Shown here: piece by piece, positions 1 to 14,375 of the stretch | Layout: each line of letters starts with the position of its first letter | Numbering within the stretch: the first letter of the stretch is position 1 | Assembly (NCBI GenBank): GCA_037447605.1 | Contig: CM074813.1 | Location: 2,852,001-2,916,000 of the forward strand | Reading direction: 5' to 3' | Source: Zygnema circumcarinatum SAG 698-1b | Taxonomy: Eukaryota; Plantae; Zygnematophyceae | Length of the DNA: 64,000 nt | The notes under the pieces: model-generated | Database searches by the model: none | What the model was told of the DNA's origin: nothing | The model's input: the letters and a program-made list of their open reading frames with translations, nothing else | Program-made: the position numbers and the translations under genes

Positions 1-59
1 AACGGTTTTGTGTATTGTAATCTGCTTGGTCTCCCTTTTTTTTTTTACCTGAGTGTTAC

Positions 60-1145
<1,086 letters not shown>

Positions 1146-1152
1146 GGTACAG

Positions 1153-3255
1153 AAAAATCGTTCTCCCTTCCTTTGCGGCTCTCCCCATAATGATGGCCTA
1201 CGCGGGGCGGACCACCATCATAATTCCAAAGCCTTTGCGAGCAGCTCTGGGGGGGGCAGAGGCCCTGGACTTGGGCCTCATATACAAGCTGGGGATGGGC
1301 CTCCTCGTGGTTTTCTACACAAACTCCATAAACATTCTCGCAGGTGTGAACGGCCTCGAGGCCGGTCAAACCGTCATCATTGCATCCGCCGTACGCCCTT
1401 CCTCCCCCTCCCTCCTTTCTTCAAATTAAAATAAAGAAAAAGAATAGAGGCTCTGACCTTGAACACCCCCGGTTTTCAAATTTCAACGATTTTCTTTTTC
1501 TACCCCTTTTTCTTTGTTCCTCTGTTTTATCATCGTTATTAGGTGCTTGTATACAACTTGTGGCATCTCGGGAGCATTCCCGGAGTGAAGGGAGCAGTGC
1601 CGGACGAGCTGCAGCAGGCCCACCTCTTCTCCGTGTACCTCCTTCAGCCGTTAGTGGGGGCCACGCTCGGCCTGCTCGCCTTCAATTGGTATCCCTCCTC
1701 CGTCTTTGTGGGAGACACCTTCACCTACTTCGCGGGAATGGCAATCGGGGTGGTGGGGATTCTGGGGCATTTCAGGTGAGTTCTCTCTCTCTCTCTCTCT
1801 CTCGCTCTCTCGCTCTCGCTTTCTTACTCTCGATCTCTCACTTTCCCTCACTCTTTTTCTCTCTCTCCCTCTCTCTCTTTTCCCCCTCTCTCACTCACTC
1901 CCTTCCCCTTCCCCACTCCCTCGTCCTCCTTCATTCCCCACTCCCTCGCTCGTCCCTCCCCGCTTCTCTCTCTCTCACTCCCATTCTCTCCCTCTCGCCC
2001 TCCCCCCCTTCACTCACCTCACTCTCTCCCTCAATCCTCTCACTCCTCTCTCCCCTCCCCCATCTTTCCCCCCCTTTGGGTGAGGGTTTTCGGTTTTATA
2101 TTTGTTTCAAAAGGAGGAGCTAGTATTATTTCATTGTTTTCTTTTCCTTTTTGTGGTCTGCAGTGAAACCCTTCTTCTTCTCTTTCTTCCGCAGCTCATC
2201 AACTTCATTTATTCGCTGCCACAGGTTGGTTGCCACAAACTAAACCCTCTAGCACTGAACGACTGCTGATGCTGAAAAAATGTTGTTGCAAGTGGGGGAA
2301 CTGTTTGATTGTTTGACTGTTCCGAGAGGTGGAATGGTTTTTTTCTAATACTGATCCATTTATAATAGCTAGTTGACAAAAAGGGACTTCGGAAAGAGGT
2401 TAACCAAAACTCATACACTGGGATTGAGTTTCGTTCCTTCATAGCTATTCCGATGTCCAAAAGTCAATGAATGTGTGCCACCTGACTTCGCATGATTGGC
2501 TGCTCAATGACTGACTTGATTATGGCTGTCACGCCTTTGTGGGATTCGGGCAGCTCTTGAAAATTGTCCCCTGCCCACGACACCGCCTTCCAAAGTACGA
2601 CATTTTGGCCCTGACCGAAAAAATCGACAGGGCGCAAAGCAATTTACACTTGCATCGCGGGAGTGAAGATGACGGGAAGGGAGAGATGAGGGAGGGGATG
2701 AGAGAGTGGGAGAGTAAAGGGATGAGAGAGCAAAAGGAAAGAAGAGAAACGAGGAGGATGGATGTGGAGGAATAAAACGCCAACAGAGAGAGAGGGAGGG
2801 CGGGGGAGAGGAAGAGAGAGAAATCTGAGTCTTTTTTTTTCGAGGGGTGTGTAGGTTCGACCCGAAGACCGGGCTGTTGACCGGCAGCAATGATTACAAC
2901 CTCGTGAATCTCTTTCTGCGCGTCTTTGGACGCTGCACTGAGCAGACGCTCTGCATTCGGCTGCTCACATTTCAGGTCGCGTCCCTATCTCTCTCGCGCT
3001 CTTTTTCTCCCTTTCTCTCTCACTCGCTCTCTCTCCCTCTATGGAAAACCTTTTTTATTGACGTTCAGAAAGGGAAAGGAAGTATGAAACTTCTCGGTCC
3101 TTTCTATGGCGTCGAGTTAGTCAGCCAGTTAGATGAAATTGCAGAAATTGGGAGGTCTAATTCTTGTCCTTTTATGGGCTTTGTCCTTTGTGCAGGCTCT
3201 TTCATGCCTTCTATGCTTCGCAATTCATTATGTGCTGACTGGTGTTTGGAAGTGA
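1153..3255 (+). CDS. DPAGT1: UDP-GlcNAc:dolichyl-phosphate GlcNAc-1-P transferase (ALG7/GPT), 5'-partial; exons 1153-1390, 1543-1775, 2164-2224, 2554-2594, 2855-2975, 3196-3255
   Basis: Family motifs [78 protein letters not shown]; ends [13 protein letters not shown]. All junctions are GT-AG and in frame. Confidence 0.93.
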
Positions 3256-3377
3256 GGCAATTGGATGAGCTTGGACTTTAACAAATAGGGCCAGAGGCCC
3301 AGAAATTTTGGTTTCTGTAATTTGGACTTGGGCAGGCAAATTTTTTTGCTACGGTAGCCCTGTCGAANNNNNNNNNN

Positions 3378-5613
3378 TCTCTCTCTCTCTCTCTCTCTCT
3401 CTTTCGGTACAGAAAAATCGTTCTCCCTTCCTTTGCGGCTCTCCCCATAATGATGGCCTACGCGGGGCGGACCACCATCATAATTCCAAAGCCTTTGCGA
3501 GCAGCTCTGGGGGGGGCAGAGGCCCTGGACTTGGGCCTCATATACAAGCTGGGGATGGGCCTCCTCGTGGTTTTCTACACAAACTCCATAAACATTCTCG
3601 CAGGTGTGAACGGCCTCGAGGCCGGTCAAACCGTCATCATTGCATCCGCCGTACGCCCTTCCTCCCCCTCCCTCCTTTCTTCAAATTAAAATAAAGAAAA
3701 AGAATAGAGGCTCTGACCTTGAACACCCCCGGTTTTCAAATTTCAACGATTTTCTTTTTCTACCCCTTTTTCTTTGTTCCTCTGTTTTATCATCGTTATT
3801 AGGTGCTTGTATACAACTTGTGGCATCTCGGGAGCATTCCCGGAGTGAAGGGAGCAGTGCCGGACGAGCTGCAGCAGGCCCACCTCTTCTCCGTGTACCT
3901 CCTTCAGCCGTTAGTGGGGGCCACGCTCGGCCTGCTCGCCTTCAATTGGTATCCCTCCTCCGTCTTTGTGGGAGACACCTTCACCTACTTCGCGGGAATG
4001 GCAATCGGGGTGGTGGGGATTCTGGGGCATTTCAGGTGAGTTCTCTCTCTCTCTCTCTCTCTCGCTCTCTCGCTCTCGCTTTCTTACTCTCGATCTCTCA
4101 CTTTCCCTCACTCTTTTTCTCTCTCTCCCTCTCTCTCTTTTCCCCCTCTCTCACTCACTCCCTTCCCCTTCCCCACTCCCTCGTCCTCCTTCATTCCCCA
4201 CTCCCTCGCTCGTCCCTCCCCGCTTCTCTCTCTCTCACTCCCATTCTCTCCCTCTCGCCCTCCCCCCCTTCACTCACCTCACTCTCTCCCTCAATCCTCT
4301 CACTCCTCTCTCCCCTCCCCCATCTTTCCCCCCCTTTGGGTGAGGGTTTTCGGTTTTATATTTGTTTCAAAAGGAGGAGCTAGTATTATTTCATTGTTTT
4401 CTTTTCCTTTTTGTGGTCTGCAGTGAAACCCTTCTTCTTCTCTTTCTTCCGCAGCTCATCAACTTCATTTATTCGCTGCCACAGGTTGGTTGCCACAAAC
4501 TAAACCCTCTAGCACTGAACGACTGCTGATGCTGAAAAAATGTTGTTGCAAGTGGGGGAACTGTTTGATTGTTTGACTGTTCCGAGAGGTGGAATGGTTT
4601 TTTTCTAATACTGATCCATTTATAATAGCTAGTTGACAAAAAGGGTTCGGAAAGAGGTTAACCAAAACTCATACACTGGGATTGAGTTTCGTTCCTTCAT
4701 AGCTATTCCGATGTCCAAAAGTCAATGAATGTGTGCCACCTGACTTCGCATGATTGGCTGCTCAATGACTGACTTGATTATGGCTGTCACGCCTTTGTGG
4801 GATTCGGGCAGCTCTTGAAAATTGTCCCCTGCCCACGACACCGCCTTCCAAAGTACGACATTTTGGCCCTGACCGAAAAAATCGACAGGGCGCAAAGCAA
4901 TTTACACTTGCATCCGCGGGAATTGAGAGATAACGGGAAGGGAGAGATAGCAAAAGAGATGAGGAGAGTACAAAGGCAAAGGGATGAGAAAAGCAAAAAG
5001 TGAAAGAAGAAGAAACGAGAGGATAAATGAAAGAATAAAACGCCAACAAAGAGAAGAAAGCGGGGGAGAGGAAGAGGGATATAATGCTTTCGAGGGGTAT
5101 GTGGGTTCAACCAAGTCAAATGTTAACCGGCAGCAATGATTACAACCTCGTGAATCTCTTTCTGCGCGTCTTTGGACGCTGCACTGAGCAGACGCTCTGC
5201 ATTCGGCTGCTCACATTTCAGGTCGCGTCCCTATCTCTCTCGCGCTCTTTTTCTCCCTTTCTCTCTCACTCGCTCTCTCTCCCTCTATGGAAAACCTTTT
5301 TTATTGACGTTCAGAAAGGGAAAGGAAGTATGAAACTTCTCGGTCCTTTCTATGGCGTCGAGTTAGTCAGCCAGTTAGATGAAATTGCAGAAATTGGGAG
5401 GTCTAATTCTTGTCCTTTTATGGGCTTTGTCCTTTGTGCAGGCTCTTTCATGCCTTCTATGCTTCGCAATTCATTATGTGCTGACTGGTGTTTGGAAGTG
5501 AGGCAATTGGATGAGCTTGGACTTTAACAAATAGGGCCAGAGGCCCAGAAATTTTGGTTTCTGTAATTTGGACTTGGGCAGGCAAATTTTTTTGCTACGG
5601 TAGCCCTGTCGAA
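3378..5613 (+). other. DPAGT1: Second copy of the DPAGT1 3' region (exons 3413-5501), probably a false duplication across the N gap
   Basis: Essentially identical to 1118-3367 at an offset of ~2260, starting right after NNN. A noisy patch at ~4915-5125 lacks the splice acceptor (TGTGTAG becomes TATGTGG). Confidence 0.8.
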
Positions 5614-6229
5614 AAGGCTCTAACCGAAATGCTGATCGGCTTAGGCAGGGTAACTTAATGAAGAAATGAATAGAAAGGAAGCATTTTCCTTTTGGATGAT
5701 CAAGTTTCCCTTTGATAAATTTAGTTTCCATGCACTATTAGCTTTGAACGTGTGGTGGGAGGTTTCACCTTTGTCTGTTTTTCTTTTGGGTGGGATCGTT
5801 AATTGAGCTTTTGCTTGTGCGCGTGCAAACATGCTCGAGAGTTTTGAAGGGCCCGACAGAGAAGGCAGGTAATCAGCGAAAGTCCTCAGAAATAAATCTC
5901 ACGTCAACAAAACTAACAAATTTCCTGACTCTAAAACTGGTCGGTCGGTCGGTCAGTTGATCTGTCGCTTGTTCGATCAGTCGTCCTTAACCCGATTTCG
6001 ACCCTTAAATAATCCTCAAAACTAAAAAGAAAAAAATAATCCTTGAAATCCTCTCCAAACTCCCACCACTGGAAATCAGCGCTCTACAGACAACCTCCCG
6101 AATCAGGAAAAAACGCGTCGCAAGCGTTGTCGAATGTCGACTATTTCGTTTGCATTCTTTTTCTCGTTTGGTCTTTAAAAAACGAACAGTACATCTGTAC
6201 AGAGTGTTGGCCCCGATCTGAACCCTAAC

Positions 6230-9200
6230 CTATCCCCCGTGTCCCCCCCAGCCCCCTCCCCCCGGCAGCCTGTACCCCGCCTTCTGCGCGGAGGGGAGGC
6301 TTGTCGCCGCCACGAGGCCGCCCAAGAGCGCAAAGACCGCCGCCGCTGCAAAGGCAGGCACATTTCCTCCTCCAAAAAGTTGGTCCCACGGACCCGACCC
6401 GAGCGAAACCACAATCTGCAGGGAGGAGGGGGGAGGGGGGAGGGGGGAGAGGGGAGAGGGGNNNNNNNNNNGGAGGGGGGAGGGAGGGAGCCAAAGGAGA
6501 GGGGGAGGGGGAAGGGAGTAAGTGGGTTTAATCGAGGCAAGAGGGCAGAGACGGGGGAGAGTGAGGAGAGAGCAAGAGAACGGAAGAGTAGGAGATAGGG
6601 GCGCAGAGGGATGATAGAACTCATCCTATCATATGTGGACCCAATAGGGTAAAATCATTCAGGAGGGGTCGGTTGAAAGGACATGTTGCCATGCAATGCG
6701 TGTGTGGTTCAGGGTTTCGTGTTAGAGATTTGTCACTTTGTTTTTGTATACATCACTAGAAAGAAGGTCCCGTACCTGGGGGACGACGATAGCCATGTTC
6801 AGGATGCCCATGGCTAAGCCTGCAGAAATCAAAGACGACGGGAAGTTTAGGGCAGAGGAGAGTTTTACAAGGTGAACAACTTCGTGAAAAATAATTACTA
6901 TTCGGGTCTCTTTGTCTGAACAAGTTTCCATAGAGATGACTGAGCGTGCAGAAATGGACCTTGCCCTCCTCCGCTGTCGGCGGTGAGCTCTGCAGTCAGG
7001 GCGTACGGCACACTCATTGTGATCTGCACACGGTGAAGCATGCTGTGTTTAAGCAAGAAAGAGAGCGAGCGAGAGAGAGAGAGAGAGAGAGAGGAGAGAG
7101 GAGCAGGAGGCAAGTTTAAAGAACAATGACAAAGGGGCATGAAGAGAAGGAAAGCTTCATATCATTAGGTAACGAAAGAGAAAGAGCAGTGAGACAAAGA
7201 GAGAGGAAGGAGAGGTTGTGGGGGGGGGAGAGGGGGGGGGGGGGGAGAGAGGCAGAAGAGACCCCAAACAGGGCAGTGAAGGGAGAGAGAGAGTGGTCTC
7301 ACCGCGAGAGGCCCTCCAAGAATGGCAAAAATGATTAGGGCAACCACCTTCACCCAAGGGCTTTGAACAGTCCCCCCTCTCCCTCTCCCGCTGGAGGCTG
7401 TCACAGTGTATGTGAGAGCCATGCACACACTCAGCACAAAGTTCGCAATGGCCCACACATTCTTTGCCCCCAGAAACCGACAGAGGGGGTCGATGAACAC
7501 CGACACAATTGCCTGCACTATCTGCTCACAAAAAAAAAACGCAACTCGAAAGAAAAGTAGCAGTTAATTATAATATAATAGCTGTTTCGTCACTTACCCG
7601 GAAGAAATGAACGACAGCATAGTTTCCGGCATGAGAATTTTCAATCATCGAAGCTTTTAGGTTAATACGATTTGATAGATGGTTTTGATTACGCCTTTTC
7701 AGAGAGAGAGAGAAAGAGAGAGAGAGAGAGCGAGAGAGAGAGAGAGAGAAAGAAAAAGAGAGAGCGAGAGATGCCACAGAATTATACTCTGGGGTTTCGA
7801 GTTTTTCGACATATGGCAATTTCCGATGATCAAAATCCGAAATGGGCTTTTAGGGTTTTTAGGGTCTTTTGTCAAAAGTATCAACTTACAGAATTGAGCA
7901 GCAAGCCGAGCGCTCCTTCGTGAACTCCTTGCTGATAGAGAGAGGCCGAGCCTGCAATACTCCCCTCTCCCTCCTCTCCCTCACTTGGCCTGCCATGGAA
8001 GATCTCTCTCCCCATCCAGTCCGTATCGAAGAGGAGGAAAGGAAACCACGCAAGCTGCACCCAAGCAGAGGTTCAAACTTTGGAGATAAGCTCAAAATTC
8101 AAAAACCTAAAATTCAAAACTCAAAACCCAAAAACCAAAAGTTGGGTTTAAGTTATGAGAGCTCTGGTAGGGGGCCCCATTGGTAGACTATTTTATGGGT
8201 GGGAGAGCTCAACATCGAGTATAAATGTAGGGTGCAATTTCAGAATTTTAGAGTATAGAGAGTTTTAAAGGGTTTGAAAAGGTACGAACCCATGAAAGCG
8301 CCATTACAATGAGAACGCTCTTCATAGAGGGAGGGAGAGCTCTCACTCCCACCAACATATTAGAAACAATTCCAGCAGGACCTGAACCCACCCCTATTGG
8401 AGGAGCATCTCCCACTGCTGTGAGAGCCTCTCCCTCCTCTCCCTTCCCTTTCCTTTGCGGTTTAAATTCCCGCAACTCAATTTCCCGCATTTCTGGGTGT
8501 TGTTGACTATGCCCATTGCTGTTTCTATGTAAGTCAATGGCTGTGATTGTTCCGTTCTCTGCTCCGTTGGCAAGTAAGGCAGTTTCTTCAGTTTCTTTAG
8601 GAGAAGGTTGTTGGGACAGAATGAGAGGCTCCTCTCTCGCAAAATAAAGAGTGATGGCCGTACACAAAGAGAGAAAGACCTGCCCGAAAAAAAAAAGAAA
8701 AAAAAAACGAAATGGGTTCATAGATTAGGGGGGTTTAATCATCAAATCAATTTCACCAAAACCCAAAAAAACAACGACTCTCGAAGTCACAGCTTTTTCT
8801 ACTTCAATGCTTCCATCTTCGTAACAATTTATTGATATATTTTAGAATAAAATAAGTTCAGAATGTGCTTACAATAGCCAATAAAAAAGCTGCTTTCAGA
8901 TTCGCACATGCTTCCCCACATGCCGTCCCCTTCAGCCACGGAAACCACCTGCACTCAATTGCCATAAAAAAGGTGCATTTTTTTTTATGACAATTTACCA
9001 CGACTTCAAGCATCTTTGGAGTTATATTCAACTCAATGCTCCATCTTCATACTAATCCCCTCAAATTTAGAACTCGACAAAGTAATATCTTGCAGGATCA
9101 ATAGTAGTCATGGGACGGAGTCCAAGTAGTGTTGAGTTTCTTGGCAGAAAAGGACCCTTAAAGAGAGAATGCAGCTCACATCTTTATCCCAATCCCAAAT

Positions 9201-9807
9201 TTTAGGAAACCCTAAACCTCAGCTTACCTATGCCACTCTCCCACAGCGCCGGTGGAGTAGCCGAGAATGTTGCCCAAAGCAAGCCAAAGAGAGTAGAGAG
9301 CATTTGCCTGCTCCATCTGCTCCGAACCTGCAACCTCCCGATCTCTCTCACTTTCGCACTCTCACTCTCTCACTCTCTCACTCTTTCACTCGCTCAACCT
9401 TTCTCTCTCTCACTCTCTCACGCGAAAAAAAAATACAAATAATCCTAAAGAATAGGAATGTGAAAGGAGAAAGGATCATACCTGCAAGGTCAGAAAGGAG
9501 GGCTCTGCTCGGACCCTGAAACACAGAACCGCACCTTCCACCCCCCCCCCCCCAAACACATACAACATGAGAGAGAAGGTGGGAAAAAGGAGGAGGTTTA
9601 GGACGAGGATTTTCGGGTTTGTAGAAGCTTCAGAATTTTTCGATAGTTATGGATCGGTGGGGTTCAACAGGGCTTTGAAGTTTGCAGCAGGTAAGCGGTT
9701 GAAGGGAGTTGAATGCGTGGGGGTGGTAGAAGGACGGAACGAAGCCGATATTGGAGGGGAGGGGAGGGGGAAGGGAAGGAGGAGAAGAGAGAGAGAGAGA
9801 GAGAGAA

Positions 9808-9841
<34 letters not shown>

Positions 9842-11227
9842 TGGCGCGTTACGAAGCCTCACCTGTACTGTGTTGTTGCTGAGGTCTAAGCACCAAAACC
9901 CTAAAATAAACAGAGCACATGCATATGGTCGTGTTCTGCACACACAATGGACAGAAAGTAAGAAAGAAAAAACAATCCCAGTTGTTGTAGAAACTTTCCT
10001 TAGAACCTATTCCTTCGAAAAGAAAAAAGGGCGGCATTGGTGCCCCAAATGGAAAAAGAAGAAAAAAGAGAAGACAGTACATGCATATGCTTTGGTGAAG
10101 AGTGCATATTCTCACGTGTGGTGCATGTAGCGCTTGTCCCCTAAATGGTATCCCAAATCGGCAGAAAATCCGATTAGCAGCACCTGCTCAGGGAACCCCT
10201 CCCTCTCTCTTCACTACGCTGTGGGGAGTGCGAGGTCGGAGAGAGCGAAAGCGAGTGAGGGGGAGACAGAGGGAGAGAGCGAGAGAGGCGCGGTGCAAAG
10301 GAGAGGAGGAAAAGGGAAAAAAACGATAGAGGCGAACAGAGTGGGAGTGGGCAAGGCAATGGGAGCGGAGGGAAGAGCAAGGGAGAGGGAGAGGGAGAGG
10401 GGGAGGGAAAGGAAGAGGGAGAGGGGGAGAGGGAGGGGGAGAGGGAGAGGGAGAGGGAGAGGGAGAGGGAGAGGGAGAAGGAGAGGGAGAGGGAGAGGGA
10501 CAGGGAGGAAGAGAGAGAACTGACCGCAAGCACGACGAGGAGGGCTCCACCCAGAATGAAGGGGCGGCGCCTCCCAAAGCGAGAGGTGCAGTTGTCACTC
10601 CACGCACCAACACAGGGCTGAACCTGCAGAGAGGGAAGGAGAAAACTTCAAAGACTAAGGGCTTAAGCACCAGGAATTACATTCACTCTATCCTTCAACC
10701 ATCAGCCACAAAGAAAAGCCGGAAATTTTCAGATTCCCATTGCGCTAAGGATTTTGAGCACCCAAAATCTCTACTAGATCTAAATCTACTTTTAGATCAT
10801 GTGATCCATCAGGACTAGAAAGAGAGAGGACCCTAAAGTAAGACGTAAAGACTGAGGAGGAGGAGGAGGAGGGCGAGGGCAGTACGAGGAGGCCGGAGAT
10901 GGGGCCGCAGAGCCATATGAAGGACGCCCATTCGTGCGGAATTCCGAGCGTCTACAACGCATGCAACACCCACAAGGATGGCTTTTAGAGTTTCATGACA
11001 GTGCTTCACTCTCAGTTCCAGTCTCAGTCAAAGAGAAAAGTGGATTAAAAAGGAACCCTGTCCCTCTCCATCTCCATTGTCTCCCTCGCTTCTCCTCCCC
11101 TCCCTCACCCTCTACCTTGCCTCTTCCCTCTCACTCGACCACTCACCTCCCCCCCCTCTCCCTCTCCTCTCGAATCCCTCACACTCTTTCTACTCCCCTC
11201 TCACTACCTTCCTCTACTCGCTTCCTG

Positions 11228-11267
<40 letters not shown>

Positions 11268-11855
11268 CTTCTCTCACTTTTTCTCTTGAGCTAAGAAAAT
11301 CATACCTCCACATATGGCGTGAGAAGAGACAGCTGCAGCGCCCATCCAAACTGAATGCCTGTGCCAGAATTCAACAGTCCGAAAAAATAGAAACAAGCAA
11401 AAAATATCATTACTCAATGTCATTTTCTCCATCCACTCCTTCATTGTACTCGTCCTATATAATAATAGAGCTCCAGACCAAAAAAAAACTTTAATTCATT
11501 TCTCACATAACATGCCGTTTCGATTAATGTACGAACCTAAAATCATTTTGCTCCATCATTGCTTCTCTCTCCAGAGTAGATCCGCATGCAAAAAACCCTA
11601 AACCTTCGTAGCTGGCAACCGCTGGCTTTTTCAAGCATATGAAGCGTTTCAAATGTTTAGGGTTCTCTAAGAATTCTGAAGTGCAGGTGGAGAGAGGGAA
11701 GGCGAAGCACCTCCTCCAATGACGGAGACAGCTGCGAGCACTGCCAGCGGCAGCGCGGGCTTGCCTTCTCCCGCGCCGCCGCCATGGTCGCAGCCCTCCG
11801 GAGCTTCGCCATGGCTGGGCGGGACAGAGAGCTCCGCCTCCCTCGGGAGGCGCAT
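6230..11855 (-). CDS. SUT2: Sucrose/H+ symporter, type II (SUT2/SUC3-like), ~593 aa, 15 exons: 11855-11711, 11358-11306, 10951-10886, 10623-10525, 10183-10116, 9935-9863, 9515-9482, 9327-9228, 8948-8873, 8679-8290, 8054-7890, 7521-7303, 7023-6960, 6819-6776, 6415-6230
   Basis: [124 protein letters not shown]. Long central loop as in SUT2. Exon phases sum to an intact ORF. Confidence 0.93.
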
Positions 11856-12094
11856 GCTCCACCGAGATGCTGCAACGTGGCGCTTTGAGCTTGCTTGGGT
11901 TGAATGAGGGATGAGGGGGGAGAGGAAGAGGGAGAGGGAGAGCGAGTGGGAGTGGGAGAGGGAGGGGAGATGGAGAAGGGAAAGGGAGAGGGTAGGGATA
12001 GGGAAGGAAGATGGAGAGGTATAAGGTAAGGAGGAAAGGACGAGCAGGGGGAGAGGGAGCGGGAGCGGGAGGGAAGGGAGAGGGAGAGGGACAG

Positions 12095-12132
<38 letters not shown>

Positions 12133-12176
12133 GAGGGAGCGCGCCGCCAACGTAACTGAACTCGGCGCGCTGGGCC

Positions 12177-12217
12177 GCCACGTGGCGCTGGACTGTGGGC
12201 AAAACACGCCACGTGGC
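12177..12217. promoter_or_regulatory. Two perfect GCCACGTGGC G-box palindromes upstream of the sucrose transporter
   Basis: Exact decamers at 12177-12186 and 12208-12217, ~320 bp upstream of the predicted ATG, beyond a GA-rich 5' leader. Confidence 0.55.
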
Positions 12218-12275
12218 GCACAGCGGGCAGCCGCCTGGATTCGCGTACGGCTTTACCGTACATTACCGTACTGTA

Positions 12276-12784
12276 CTGTCAACAGTCCTCATATTTACCG
12301 CCCTGAGTGCGTCCCCAAGAAATTCGCCCCGATTTTGCCTAAACCACCTTTTTGTAAGGTAACTTTGTGTTAGCCGTACTGTCCGTACTGTCCGTATTAA
12401 CCGTACTAGCCGTACTAGCTGTACTAGCCGTTACGGGCTTACGCAAAACTCCACCTAATCTCCCCGCACGTGCCGCCGCAAGAGGCGCTCGCTCTTCTCC
12501 CCTTCTTCTTGGCTTCAATACGATACGATACGAAACGAAACGCCCCGATACGGTACTATCCGTACTATCCGTACGAGTTGTAGATGCACGATACGATACG
12601 ATGCTAAACGATACAGCGCGGTACGGTACGATATAGTACGGTACGATACGATACGTACGGTCCAACATGAACTCTAACATAATACCGCCCGTCTATTGGT
12701 AACACGAACCTTATATTTGCAAAATCAATATTTTCGCCTCATATTGGCCAAAACCCATGGCGAAAATATGAGGACTGTTGACTG
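12276..12784. mobile_element. Tc1/mariner-like MITE, copy A
   Basis: 21-bp TIRs CTGTCAACAGTCCTCATATTT / AAATATGAGGACTGTTGACTG (1 mismatch), TA on both flanks, internal (CGATA)n/(CGTAC)n repeats, no coding capacity. Confidence 0.75.
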
Positions 12785-12806
12785 TATTCGTACTGGTCGC
12801 ACTGTA

Positions 12807-13243
12807 CAATAGGGGGTCCTCATATTTTCCACCCTGGTTCCGGGCAAAATGAGGCGAAAATATTAAATTTGCATATATAAGGTTCGTGTTACGAATAGAC
12901 GGGCGGTATTATGTTAGAGTTCATGTTAGACCGTACGTATCGTACCGTACCATATCGTACCGTATCGTATTGTATCATTTAGCATCGTATCGTATCGTGA
13001 CATATCGTGACGCATATACTGTCGTATTGACCGTATCGTATCGCATCGTATCGTATCGAAGTCAAGAAGACGGGGAGAAGAGCGAGCGCCTCTTACGGCG
13101 GCACGAGCGGGGAGATTAGGTGCGTTTTGCGTAAGCCCGTAACGGCTAGTACAGATAGTACGGTCAGTACGGCTAACACAAGTTACCGTACAAAAAAGTG
13201 GTTTCGGCAAAATTGGGGCGAAAATATTGAGGACGCTGTAGCG
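12807..13243. mobile_element. Second, inverted copy (B) of the same MITE
   Basis: Its reverse complement aligns with 12309-12775 along its length, with degenerate GTCCTCATATTT termini. Confidence 0.7.
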
Positions 13244-14356
13244 TAGTGGAGCTGCGCTCGACGGATCCGCGTCAGTTCAGTTGTACTTGACGTATGCCTC
13301 TTCAGTGTCACGGACCGGCATAATCCAGGAGCTGCCGACGGAGAATGCGAGAAGGCGGCGCCATGTGTTGGCGGCCCACGGAACAGCACACCATCCAGCA
13401 AGGCGCACTCGGAAGCGCCGCATAATGCCGCCGATTGTCATTTGTTGACCGATCAGAAGGCTCCACGTAGTCAGTCAGGCCTCTCAGTGGGCAGTTGGCC
13501 AATCAGAGACTGTCACTGCTAAGACTCAGGATCTACTGTCAGTGATAAGTAGATGGGATGTCAGTGATGCTAGTTTGTCTTTTAGTGCTGGGCTTAGTAT
13601 TTGTATTTGCTGTGTGGTTTGTTGTCTTGTTCTTCTTTTTCTGCCTCTTCAGCTCCAGCAACAGATGCTAAGTAAGAGAGAGAGAGAGAGAGTTCCATTG
13701 CATAGAGAGAAAGAGAAAGAGTCTTCTTGCTGATAGCATTTAGACATCCCATTCAGCCCAGCCAGACAAAGATTTCAGTGAGAAGACACTTTCATTGTAA
13801 TGACAATCCCCAGCCAATCGCTGGCTGGGGTGAGTTTCCAAAACACAACCTTTATCTAAGCTGAGTCCTATTTTCCCTTTGCTGTCACTATGCCAAGCTA
13901 CCATCTTGTGATATCCTGCCTTACACTCCTCCCAATGACCGATGATAACTAGAAGTCTAGCAAAGAGAATAGCCGAAGAGAGGACAGGGGAAGAGAGCCC
14001 CCNNNNNNNNNNGAGTCCAGCCGCCGGTGGGAACATCTTCAGGATCCCTACGTCTTCCGCTGCGCGTACCCTGAATCCCCCGGATCCTGGCTCTATGCTG
14101 CAGGCAGACCCACAGCACCAACCCAACCCTTCATCAGTTTCAGCACGGACGCGCGAGTGGTCGTACAGCACCTGCAACTATCTCAGCAGTCTCCCCTTAA
14201 CCCCACTTATCTTGTGCTATAACGCACTCCTTGGGGTGGTAAATACGAGGACCCCCCACTGTACTGGGTACGGTTTCTATTCGTACAGTACGTGTTAGGG
14301 GCACGCTCAATGTTTGAAGCCAATCAGTTGCGCTGTGGAAGCAGCACTCTGTCCGA

Positions 14357-14375
14357 CGTGGCGGGTCGGGATTGG
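14357..14375 (-). promoter_or_regulatory. ERSE-type composite CCAAT-N9-CCACG
   Basis: Plus strand reads CGTGG-cgggtcggg-ATTGG. Confidence 0.5.

Noticed and set aside
7952-7984. Apparent 33-nt GT-AG micro-intron in the sucrose transporter
   Set aside because: The length is a multiple of 3 and the exon reads through in frame ([24 protein letters not shown]), so no intron is needed.
13305-13925. Possible solo LTR (TGTCAC... start, ...TGACA or ...CTTACA ends)
   Set aside because: No matching target-site duplication, PBS, PPT or second copy in the window.
14030-14285. Protein-like open frame after the N gap (WEHLQDPYVFRCAYP...)
   Set aside because: No recognisable family, no start or splice context, and it abuts an assembly gap.
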